Below are positions 24,501-37,300 of a stretch of DNA of 64,000 nucleotides, piece by piece. A model generated the notes under the pieces. That model saw only the letters and a list, made by a program, of their open reading frames with translations. It did not search any database and had not been told where the DNA came from. Position numbers and translations under genes: made by a program. This DNA comes from Octopus vulgaris (taxonomy: Eukaryota), in the NCBI GenBank assembly GCA_951406725.2, contig OX597814.1:33852001-33916000 (forward strand), written 5' to 3'. Every line of letters starts with the position of its first letter. Within the stretch, counting starts at the first letter, position 1.

Positions 24501-27500
24501 TGTCACCGGCACGGGGGCCAGGCGAGGCTGGCAATGGACACGGATAATAATAATAATGAAATTATTGTATACAATGCTCAGGTGCACCACAACTTGTCAA
24601 AAGTGTGTATAAAGAATATGCAGTAATGTACAAATGTCTGGAAAGTGAGCAGTGTATGAGTCAGATACATGCTTGCTTGTGTATGGAGGGGAGAAAATCA
24701 GGTGTAGTGTTGGCGAATCTCAGGAAGCATTGAAGTTTTGAAGGATGCAGTTTTTGAGATTAACAGGCATTAGCCTGTGCCTAAGTACAGACATGAGAAT
24801 AAACATAAAGAAACCCTTCCAGCAACAAAAAAAGATAGACTCTCACTTATAGCAGGAATGATGATATAAATTATAGTAATTTAGCCCAAGCTTGGCTGAA
24901 GTTATCAAGGTAGACATAACTTCTATGCATATTAAGAATTTGAACTTTATACCAGTAGCCTTGAAAAATGTTTGAGGCTCAGGAAACTTGTAACTAGTAA
25001 ATATTTCTCTTTCTCTCTTTTACTTGTTTCAGTCATTTGACTGCGGCCATGCTGGAGCACCGCATTTTTAGTCGAGCAAATCGACCCCAGGGCTTATTCT
25101 TTGTAAGCCTAGTACTTATCCTATCGGTCTCTTTTGCCGAACTGCTAAGTAATGGGGACGTAAACATACCAGCATTGGTTGTCAAGCGATGTTGGGGAGA
25201 CAAACATAGACACACAAACACATATATATATACATATATATATATATACGACGGGCTTCTTTCAGTTTCCGTCTACCAAATCCACTCACAAGGCTTTGGT
25301 CGGCCCGAGGCTATAGTAGAAGACACTTGCCCAAGGTGCCACGCAGTGGGACTGAACCCGGAACTGTGTGGTTGGTAAGCAAGCTACTTACCACACAGCC
25401 ACTCCTGCACCTATTTAACTTTAATAAATTAATAAACTCTGCTAAATGAATTAAGAGTGGAAGTGAATGGTCCAGTGGTTTGGGCAATGTACTCATAGCT
25501 GTAACATTGTGATTTCAATTTCCGGATTCCTCCTGAGCAAAATGTTTCATTTCATGTTGCTCCAGTTCGTTGTTGTCGTCGTCGTCATCGTTTAACGTTC
25601 ATTTTCCATGCTAGCATGGGTTGGACGGTTCGACCGGGGTCTGAGAGGTCAGGAGGCTGCTCCAGGCTCCAGTCTAATCTGGCAGTGTTTCTACAGCTGG
25701 ATGCCAACCACTCCGTGAGTGTAGTGGTGCTTCTTACGTACCACTGGCACAGGGGCCAGAGCAGGCTGGCAAATGACCGCAATCGGTTGGTGCTTTTTAC
25801 GTGTCACCGACATGGATGCCAGTTAGGCAGCGCTGGTATCAGACACATTCGGATGGTGCTTGAATTTCAGCAATAGCTGGGAAGTTAACCCCACAGTGGA
25901 CTGGCTTCCTGTTCAGAGGAGTTCCTTGCACATTATGGAAACTGAGTTGAACTCTGGCTGAGTTCTAGGGAACATAAAAATATATATATATGCTTTAAGT
26001 ACTTATCTTTTTTTTTTATACCTCAATATTCCTTAGAAAACATAGCAAAGAATTATATTTATAGATTCAGAAATTTATCTTTAAGTTTAAAATAACAATC
26101 TCTGAAGTATTTTTGCATAAAGTAATGTGACAAGCTGGCAAAATTGTTACCGTGCTAGAAAAAATGCTCAGTAGCTATATTTCCAACTTCGTGTTCTGAG
26201 TTCAAATGCCAGTGGGTCGACTTAGCCTTTTATTGTAATCAACTTATCTCCTGCTCCAAAGTTGCTGGCCTTGTGACAAAATTTGAAACCAATATTATGT
26301 CTTTCTTATATTCTTTTCCATTCTAGACACAAGACATGAAATTTTGAGGGGAGGGGACCAGTCGATTAGATCGACCCCAGTACGCAGCTGGTACTTAATT
26401 TATCAAGGATGAACGGCAAAGTCGACCTCGGTGAAATTTGAACTCAGAACATTAAGACAGATGAAATACCTATTTCTTTACTACCCACAAAGGGTTAAAC
26501 ATAGAGCAAACAAACGAGGACAGACAAACGGATTAAGTCGATTACATCGACCCCAGTGCGTAACTGGTACTTACTTTATCGACCCCGAAAGGATGAAAGG
26601 CAAAGTTGAACTCGGTGGAATTTGAACTCAGAACGTAAAGACAGACAAAATACCGCTAAGCATTTCACCCAGCGTGCTAACATTTCTGCCAGCTTGCTGC
26701 CTTATGTCTCTCTTATATTGAAAAACAGCATTATAAACACATTGTATATTCTCAAATATAGAAGATATTGGGCATTCCTTCGATATAACTCGACAAAATT
26801 GAAACATCTGACATTTGACTTCAGGTATTTCCGTGATAGTTGTCTGTGTGTGTGTGCTTGTTCTTGTCTGTGTCTGTTCTGTTTTTATGTGTTGTGAAAT
26901 ATAGATATAATGAAATTATGCCAGCAATGTCTCATTTTAAACTTGAAGAAAAAAAATCCATACAGCGACATGCAACCAAGAGAAAATCCCTCCATCAGGC
27001 ATTTGCCATATTCTGAACCTTACATATTTGTTCTTACCTGCTTCATGCGTGTATGTAAAATCCGCAAGTTACCAAGCAGAAAACAGAATCAAAGTTTATG
27101 CATCAACAAGAATAAGCACGCACACACAACCCATTAGCTTTCGTCTTCCTCCCATTTCAGCAACTGTCATGGAAATACCCGAAGTCAAGTTATATCGAAG
27201 GAATGCCAGATATTATTCCATCAGAACCTCTATACTGTCACTGGACAAGCAGCAATTGCAGCTGATCCGCACCCTCTATTGTTGTTTGTTCCTTCTGAAG
27301 CCATAAGGGCCAGTTTCCCGGTTTCATTGGCATATAGGTTCTCCACCTGGATGGGACACTGGTCTGTCACAGGTGAGCTGCTAGATGTAAGAGGAAAGTT
27401 TGAGAAAGTTATGGTGAAAGAGTCAGCAGAAGTTTGCCATTACCTTCTGTTTTTGTCTTATTCGATCCTTATCAACAAAGAATAATTTTTACAATGTTAG

Positions 27501-28043
27501 CTGATGTAATGAATTCATCTCAAAGTAAATATACAAGATTGTACATTTACTGGAGAAGGAATATAAAATTTCTTTAGAGATTAAATAGTTTTTCGCCATT
27601 CTTTTTTTTAAGACAATAGGATGTAATTTTGAAGAAATTTGATTATTTCTGGCAAGTCAAATGATAGCCTAGAGTCAACTCCTGTTTAGCTCAAGTTATT
27701 GTTTCATCCCAAATCAGCTTGATCCAGATTAAAGTCATTCCAGTTGTGGCCATCCCATTTTTTAAAGGCATATTGTATTCAGGACTACACAATCTATCGT
27801 GACCTAATTATTTTCTGATTTTCTGAGACAGTAAGATGTGATTTGTGGGTGATTCAGTAGCTGTTTCTAGCTGATCAAAAAACAACATAAAGACATTCTT
27901 ATTGGCAAGGTTTTTAATTTAAAATAACGGATTCTGGTCAAGCTGGAACAAGAAACAAAGGAGCCAAACAACATTATCATAATCATCATCAGAAATAAAA
28001 ACAAAACATAGTTTATATAACTAGTTTATAGAAAAAATCAAAC

Positions 28044-28049
28044 TTTATT
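28044..28049 (-). terminator. Likely polyadenylation signal of TUFM
   Basis: AATAAA on minus strand ~130 nt after the stop codon, followed by T/GT-rich sequence. Confidence 0.55.
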
Positions 28050-28179
28050 GTAATGTTTAATGAATTTGGTGTACACTACACTGAAAAATGATATCCTAAA
28101 CAGTTGTTATTTGAGTTGTCATCCATCTCCCCTCTTTGTATTTTGTAATGATTATCATCCACATTTGATCTTATAATGT

Positions 28180-28311
28180 TCATTTGTCTTTCTGCCGTAC
28201 TTTCTTGTCCATTTCTGCTGGGTCATAATCAGCCAGAACATCACTGATTACGCCAAATCCCAGTGTCACTCCAGATGCTCTCAATGTGAAGCGTTGTCCT
28301 TTCTCAAGTGC
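28180..28311 (-). CDS. TUFM: TUFM exon 12 (last coding exon)
   Basis: [43 protein letters not shown]. Confidence 0.92.
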   Translation of the reverse strand, partial: ALEKGQRFTLRASGVTLGFGVISDVLADYDPAEMDKKVRQKDK

Positions 28312-31300
28312 CTAAAATAACAGCAAACAGGGATAGGGTGATGAGAAGAACAAGACGGAGTAGAAAAAGAAAAGGAGGAAATAGTATTAGTACATTATAC
28401 AAAAGAAAATGTAAAAAAAGAGTAAATAACACATACATACATAAATAAACTATTTTCTCTTTTCCATTTCAAATTAATGGTAAGATTGATATAATGCTTA
28501 TCATTTATATTAAAATTGTAACAATTTATTTTACACATATGAGATACGTAAAAAGCACTATCCGAATCGTGGCCGATGCCAGCGCCGCCTCGACTGGCTT
28601 CCGTGTCGGTGGCACGTAAAAAGCACCATCTGAATCGTGGCCGAAGCCAGTGCCGCCTCGACTGGCTTCCGTGCAGGTGGCACGTAAAATGCACCAATCC
28701 GACCGTGGCTGATGCCAGCCTTGCCTGGCACCAGTGCAGGTGGCACGTAAAAAGCACCCACTACACTCACGGAGTGGTTGGCGTTAGGAAGGGCATCCAG
28801 CTGTAGAAACATTGCCAGATAAAACCGGAGTCTGGTGCAGCCTTCTGGCTTCCCAGATCCCCGGTCGAACCGTCCAACCCATGCTAGCATGGAGAACGGA
28901 CGTTAAACGATGATGATGATGACATGCACATAACGATCATTTTTATTTTGTAAGTCCATTCTTTTAAGTCAGATGGAATTCGTTGAACCAAATATTCTAT
29001 GGACAGATACCCTTCTTGCTGTCAACTCTCATTTGTTTCCAAATTAAGTAATATTTCTCCATGGCTGGACATGTTTTTATAGAAAACTGTAAACAAATAA
29101 CATGGCTTGTATGAGAGTAACACTCATGAAGAACTTTCTTCCAAATCCACTCATATAGCTTTGGTCAGCCTGGAGATACAGTAGAGGACAATTGTCCAGG
29201 GTACTACACAATGGGAATGAACCCCAAACCATGAGGTTATGTGATTAGGAAGTAAACTTCTCAACCACAAACTCATCTCTACCTATTTGATACACACACA
29301 AATATATTGAAGTAAATGGATCTCAGTGAATTTTGGTTCACTGAGAGGTATTCAGCTGTATTGCCCTTGAGGCAAATTTAATGAAATAGAGAAATATTCA
29401 GTTGTTTGGTCAACAGGACAACCTGCTCATGGAATTAGTAATCCACAAATATGTATTTTGTAATGTAATTCTTCTCAGAGACATGTGGTAAAAACGGTAC
29501 ATGTGCATTCCTCTGTGTTTTGAGAAGTGTTCATTGTTGGAGTCCATCTCTTTGCCACTTTTCAGCAGAGTGTTAAGGTTGGAAAAGGATACAAATAACT
29601 CCTTTGTAGTGAACTTCCATACTTTCTCCTCACTTTGCTTGTTTGCCCATTCACATTCTTACTATATTTACAAGCCTCATATGTATATATATATGCAACT
29701 GGACAATTTTTCTGTGGAATTTGTTGAGGTAAATTTTCTATGGTCAGATGCCCTTCTTGTTGCCAGCCCTGTTAATCTTGATATGAGATCACCATGTTGC
29801 ACACAGATGGTTGTGATGCATGTGCCTGGTGTACCCTCATCAGACGAGTAGTCATGGGTATACTGGGATTTATATATTTTACCCCAGTGTCACTTTGGTG
29901 GCATGCACTGCTCTCTCACTCAATAATAATAATCTTTTCTACTATGGGCATAGTGCCTGAAATTTTGGGGGAGGGGACTCATTGATTACATCAACTCCAG
30001 TACTCAACTGATACTTTATCGACCTGGAGTGGACGAAAGGTAAACTCAACCTCTGCAGAATTTGAACTCAGCATGTAAAGATGGATGAAATGCCGTTAAG
30101 CATTTTGCCCAGCATGCAAACAATTCTGCCAGTTTGTTGCCTTTAATAATAATCAGGCGACCTAGGTACAGCTTGTATAAATTAAAGCAAAGCCAAAACA
30201 TAATAATAATAATAATAATAATAACAATAGGCGCAGGAGTGGCTGTGTGGTAAGTAGCTTGTTTACCAACCACATGGTTCCGGGTTCAGTCCCACTGTGT
30301 GGCACCTTGGGCAAGTGTCTTCTACTATGGCCTCGGGCCGACCAATGCCTTGTGAGTGGATTTGGTAGACGGAAACTGAAAGAAGCCCGTCGTATATGTA
30401 TGTATGTGTGTGTTTGTGCGTCTGTGTTTGTACCCCTAGCATTGCTTGACAACCGATGCTGGTGTGTTTATGTCCCCGTTACTTAGCGGTTCGGCAAAAG
30501 AGACCGATAGAATAAGTACTGGGCTTACAAAAGAATAAGTCCCTGGGTCAAATTGCTCAATTAAAGGTGGTGCTCCAGCATGGCCGCAGTCAAAATGACT
30601 GAAACAAGTAAAAGAGAGTAAAGAGTAATAAAAATAAAATAATAATAATTTACCATTTTTTTGAAGAGGTTGAAAACAACTTTCCCATCTTCACCAGGCA
30701 TCATCATGTCTTTACCTTGGTCTAACAACATAAAACTTGGACAGTCCCAAGTTCGGCTGAAGATCTGTGTTTGGAAATAGTTTGTAAATGGTTTGGAACG
30801 CCCTCCTTCATCTTTTGTCAATAAATAGACCTAGAATGATAAATTTAAATAATAATAATAATAATAATAATAAATATTTACATAAAAGTACAGTATGCTA
30901 GATGATACACCACAAGGTTATAAATTTAACCCTTACTACAATCATTGTGTAATTAGCTATCAAAGAATTGCCACTCCAACAAGTAAACCATCACCTTTTT
31001 GGAAACAAATATATACGGTGCCACATAAAAGCACATGTGCCTGTGCATCGTAAAAGCATCGATGCCAGTGCTCTGTAAAAAGCACCCAGTACACTCTGTG
31101 GAGTGGCTGGTGTTAGGAAGGGCATCTGGTCATAGAATCCAAATCAAAACAGACAACTGGAACTGGGGAAGTTCCTCAGTTGGCCAGCTCCGGTCAAACC
31201 ATCCAGCCTACGTCAGCATGGAAAGCGGATGCTAAATGATGATGATGATGATGGATAAGGAAGAGCGGTTGGCATGAAAAATTACAACACTTTGGTTATC

Positions 31301-34300
31301 TACCAAGTCTCTTAATTTCAGAACCTATCTTTTTATAATAATAATAAGAATAAGGAAAAGAAGAAGTAGTAGTGTGAAGGTGCATGGCTTAGTGGTTAGG
31401 GCATTTGTTTCATGATCGTAAGGTCATGAGTTCAATTCCCAGTGACATATTGTGTCCTTGAGCGAGACACATTATTTCATGTTGCTCCAGTCTACTCATC
31501 TGGCAAAAATGAGTTGTACCTGTATTTCAAAGGGCCAGCCTTGTCACGTTCTGTGTCACACTGAATCTCCAAGCATTATCTTAAGGGTATGCATGTCCGT
31601 GGAGTGCTCAGCCACTTGCACATTAATTTCACGAGCAGGCTGTTCCCTCGATAGGATCAAACGTAACCCTCATTGTCATAACAAACAGAGTGCCAAGCAA
31701 GCACCTGTTGCTGATACAGACTCACACATAAGGAACCCATTCATTCTGCATTTGACAACAACAGCAATAATTATTGTTTTTAATTTAGGCAAAAGGCCAG
31801 TAATTTTGAGAGTAGGTTGGGGTTAGACAATTATATCAACTCTAATACTTCACTGGTATCTGATAAGATAAAAAGCAAAAGTGACCTCAGCAGGATTTGA
31901 ACTCAGAATGTAAAGAGTTGTAACTAAATACAGCAATGCATTTTGTCTGATGCTCTAATGATTCTGTTAATCCACAGCAGTAACAACACAAAAAAAAAAG
32001 ACAAACAAAATAATCTCTCTTTTGAAAAATGATGTGTATTTTTATAATTTTTACCTGGGCTTCAATTTTATTGTGCATGTTAACAGTATTAGGTTTGCAG
32101 AGACACATGCCACGTCGAACATCATGACGCTTCACTCCACGAATTAATGCACCAAGCTGATCTCCAGCTTCACTTTTACCAAGAGTTTGATGGAACATCT
32201 CAATACCTGTGGAATATAAAGTAAAGAACATCATCAAAATGAAGTACATAGTGAACACTGTAGTCCTGAACGCCTTTGACTATAACGAACATTTGTGAAA
32301 ATAGCATTATTGGTTGGAAACCTGTAAAACAAGTAAGAGCTAGCAAAAGGAAAAGCACCTCAGACATGTTAGGATGGGAAAGATTACAGTGAAGTTTACT
32401 ACCATCAATTCACTGCAAAAATATATCCATAGTATACTCTCTTTTCTCTCTCTTTTACTCTTTTACTTGTTTCAGTCATTTGACTGCGGCCATGCTGGAG
32501 CACCACCTTTAGTCGAGCAAATCGACCCCGGGACTTATTCTTTGTAAGCCCAGTACTTATTCTATCGGTCTCTTTTGCCGAACCACTAAGTGACGGGGAC
32601 GTAAACACACCAGCATCGGTTGTCAAGCAATGCTAGGGGGACAAACACAGACACACAAACACACACATATATATATATATACATATATACGACAGGCTTC
32701 TTTCAGTTTCCGTCTACCAAATCCACTCACAAGGCATTGGTCGACCCGGGGCTATAGCAGAAGACACTTGCCCAAGATGCCACGCAGTGGGACTGAATCC
32801 GGAACCATGTGGTTGGTTAGCAAGCTACTTACCACACAGCCACTCCTGAAAAAAATACAATAAACGGTGAATTGATGGACATGAATGGGAATATGGAGTT
32901 AATTAAATAAATAGATTAATACTGCTGAACAAAAAGGGGAAAAAAACACTTTGTAAATTTGAGCAGAAGACACTTGCCCAAGATGCCACGCAGTGGGACT
33001 GAATCCGGAACCATGTGGTTGGTTAGCAAGCTACTTACCACACAGCCACTCCTGAAAAAAATACAATAAACGGTGAATTGATGGACATGAATGGGAATAT
33101 GGAGTTAATTAAATAAATAGATTAATACTGCTGAACAAAAAGGGGAAAAAAACACTTTGTAAATTTGCTGTTAAAATGTAGGATATATTGCATTTTAAAT
33201 AGGTTATTTGCACAAAATGCATCAGTGTCACCTTACTGGCACTTGTGCTGGTGGCACATTAAAAAACATTCGAGTGAGGTCGTTGCCAGCACCATTGGAC
33301 TGGCTCCTGTGCAGGTGGCATGTAAAAAAAACCATTGGAGCATGGCTGTTGCCAGTACTGCCTGACTGGCCCTCGTGCTGGTGGCACGTAAAAACACCCA
33401 CTACACTCTTGGAGTGGTTGGCGTTAGGAAGGGCATCCAGCTGTAGAAACTCTGCCAGATCAAATTGGAGCCTGGTGCAGCCATCTGGTTCGCCAGTCCT
33501 CAGTCAAATCGTCCAACCCATGCTAGCATGGAAAGCGGATGTTTAAATGATGATGATGAAGATTTCTTCCACATGCTCTTAACGACATTGAAAAAAGAGA
33601 AAATTGTGCTTTTCAAAGCTGCATATAAAATTTTATGAAGGAAAATGGAATCCTAAAAAAAATTTCCAGATATCCATCTTTCAGCCAGTATCTCAGATAA
33701 GACAGATGAAATTAAAATTGTATAGAATTTAGAAATATAGAATATGGATGGCAAATTTATTATGACTTTTTCTTCATTCTAAAAAGTTTGAAAAAGGATT
33801 CAAACTGTCAAGATGTATATTTAAATGGCGATGTACAAGAAGCTTTTTAAAGCTTACAAAGTTGTGCGTAAATATTTTACTTTTGTATTTGGGTTGCAAG
33901 ATTCTTACTGTGAACTTGTGTTGAAACAGGTTTTATTTTCTCTTGAGATGATCATGATGTCAATAATAAACACATGCACTGGTTCTATTTCACTATATTA
34001 TTATAATAACGCGAGTTCATGGCGGTTTCCTGCACCAGCTTCACATAGCAGCCCCAGCCCATCCAAAGCACCTTGGATCGCAGGACGGCCCGCTGTGCTT
34101 ACCTTGGATCGTATGGCAACCTGCTGTGCTTGAGGAGACCTATTGAGTCAAGTACATCAACATCAAAATAAAAATCAAATGGAAACTGTAGTTGTGATAC
34201 CCATGCCAGTGGCAAATAAGCACCGTCCAAACGTGGCCGATGCCAGTGCCACTTTGACCGGCTTCCGTGCTGGTGGCACGTAAAAAGTACCAACCGATCA

Positions 34301-37300
34301 TGGCCGTTGCCAGCCTTCCCTGGCCCCTGTGCCGGTGGCACGTAAAAAGCACCCACTACACTCATGGTGTGGTTGGTGTTGTGAAGGGCATCTTGCTGTA
34401 GAAACGCTGCCAGATCAGACTGGAGCCTGGTGTAGCCTCCTGGTTTCCAAAAACCCTGGTCGAACCGTCCAACCCATGCTAGCATGGAAAACGGACGTTA
34501 AACGATGATGATGATGATGATGATGATGATGACATTAAGGCGGCGAGCAGGAAGAATCCTTAGCATGCTGGACAAAATGCTTAGCTGTAATTTGGCTGTT
34601 GCTATGTTCTGAGTTCAAATTCCACCGAGGTAGACTTTGCCTTTCGTCCTTTCGAGGTCAATAAATTAAGTACCAGTTGAGTAGTCGGGTCAATGTAATC
34701 GACTATCACCCTTGCCCCAAATTTAAGACCTTGTGCCTTTAGTAGAAAGGATTATTATTATTATTATTAGTTGTGTAATTTGAGGGTACATTATTATTAG
34801 TGAATGCAGTGGAGAGGGAATATCACTGGTAAGGTCTTGAGCGGTAATGTAAGGCCTCTGACAAATCTAGCTGATTGACCAAACAATTAATCAATTGATT
34901 ATTTAATTGGTTAAATTTTAATGAATTGATTAATAAAGGAAGTGAAATAGAAACAGTACATGTATTTATTATTAGCACATTGACCATCACAATATACAGT
35001 AAAATGGTTGCACATATCAAAATTAAACCATGGATAATCAGATTAGATAATATAGTTTCTATGTTAACATGGATATTAAAAATTAATTTTGTCACATTTG
35101 ACAAAGCAGGTACAACATATTCTGAAATCCACAAGCTACTAGAGAACATACCAAGGATGTGGCAAACCTATCCTAAAGACTAAAGTTCTACACTTTTAGA
35201 AAATTGGTTCTGCTGCAAATTCCTGGAGCTATAAGTAAAAGACACTTGCCCAAGGTACCATGCAGTGGGACTGAACCCATAACCATGTAGTCAGGAAGTA
35301 AACTTCTAAATGACATAGCCAGTCTGTGCCTCTGTCAAGCCTACCTCTAAGTAAAAAAAATAAACTGCTTACTCTAGCAACCCATTACCAACAAAAACTT
35401 GATGTTTCCCTTCTATAGACTCCTGGTTTGAATTATATATGTAGTTGTTAAAAAAATTGTTTAAAGAAATCTACACTAGGCATAGGAGTGGCTGTGTGGT
35501 AAGTAGCTTGCTTACCAACCACAAGGTTCTGGGTTCAGTCCGCTGCATGGGCAAGTGTCTTCTACTATAGCCTCAGGCCGACCAAAGCCTTGTGAGTGGA
35601 TTTGGTAGACGGAAACTGAAAGAAGCCTGTCGTATATATGTATATGTGTGTGAGTATGTTTGTGTGTCCGTGAAAAAAAAGGCGGTGCTCCAGCATGGCC
35701 ACAGTCAAATGACTGAAACAAGTAAAAGAGAGTAAAAAGAGAGAGACTACTATTGTAAATATGGAAAATTGGATATGTAAAAACCGCTGAGAAAAAAAAA
35801 CAACAAAACAATGTCTTATGGCATTTGAAAAGGATTTACTTTTCCTTACAGTAAAATGGACACTACTATATGTAATAAACAGAAACCACACCCTTAGTAA
35901 TGAGATCAAAGATTATGTCAGCGCCGCCTCGACTGGCTTCTGTGCCGGTGGCACGTAAAAAGCACCATCCGATTGTGGCCATTGCCAGCCTGGCCTGGCC
36001 TCCGAGCCGGTGGCACGTTAAAAGCACCAACCGATCGTGGCCGATGCCAGACCCCCCTGGCACCTGTGCAGGTGGCACGTAAAAAGCACCCACTACACTC
36101 GCAGAGTGGTTGGCGTTAGGAAGGGCATCCAGCTGTAGAAACACTGCCAGATCAGACTGGAGCCTGGTGCAGCCCCTGGCTTCCCAGACCCCGGTCGAAC
36201 CGTCCAATCCGTGCTAGCGTGGAAAACGGACGTTAAATGATGATGATGATGATGATTGAATATGGTAGCAAAAGAAAAAAAAAAGAAAAAGAAAAAGAAA
36301 AAAAAAGTGCAGTGGGGACAACCTGAGATCTAAATTAAACCTTGAGTTCAGACTGAATTCACATTCTCACAGCATTCTGTAATTAAAATTTGGGGGCTGT
36401 CCTTCCTGCAACCAAGCTTTATTTTATCAGGCTTAATTATGTAAATAAGGACTGATGTCATCACACAGTGTATAATTTCAAATAATTAAAAAAATTTCTT
36501 GATTTACTACATCAAATATGCTAACATTCACTTTACTATTAAGTTTTCATGCAGCAAGCATCCCTAGGAAATTTTGCTCCATCATTCTTTAATAAGTTAG
36601 CTTTCCAAAACAGAAAAAAATTGGTCAAAACTATTGTAATGGTCATAATTTATTTTTACTTTTACATCATCCTTTAGCATTTAAACTGACCATATCCAGC
36701 CCAAATATTTCTGCTACTGAAAGTGGTCAGATCTAGCCACCCACACCCACCCTATTCTAAAAAGAAACAATCACATCATAGAAGTCTTGATGCTATGAGA
36801 TAATGCATGATTAATTCAAACCAACAGGAAGAAATAAGCATTACATTTGACAAAGTAATCTGAAAGCTAAAGGTTAAAAAATTAAGTGAAATCGTTTCTG
36901 TCCAACATTAAAACGAGGAACCTGTGAGACTTGAATCAAAAAGAACTTAAATCTTGAATTTTTAATTGGAAACTTACCTGTGACAGTTGATTTGATTTTC
37001 TTATCATAGCCAACAATTTCACACTCATCTCCTTTCTTCAACACACCTCTTTCCAATCGACCACTGACAACAGTACCACGACCTTGGAGACAAGTGAATA
37101 AATCAGATAAAATTCAAGTCTTAAATATTAAATTAACAATAATGAATTTATAGAATACTAGCAGTATCGCCCGGCGTTGCTCGGGTTTGTAAGGGAAATA
37201 ACTATATAAGCATTTTTAGAGTTATAGCCAAAAAATAGCAAAAAAATGCATTAAAAATGGAAAAAATATGATGGTAAATTTTTTTTAAATCGTTGACTCA

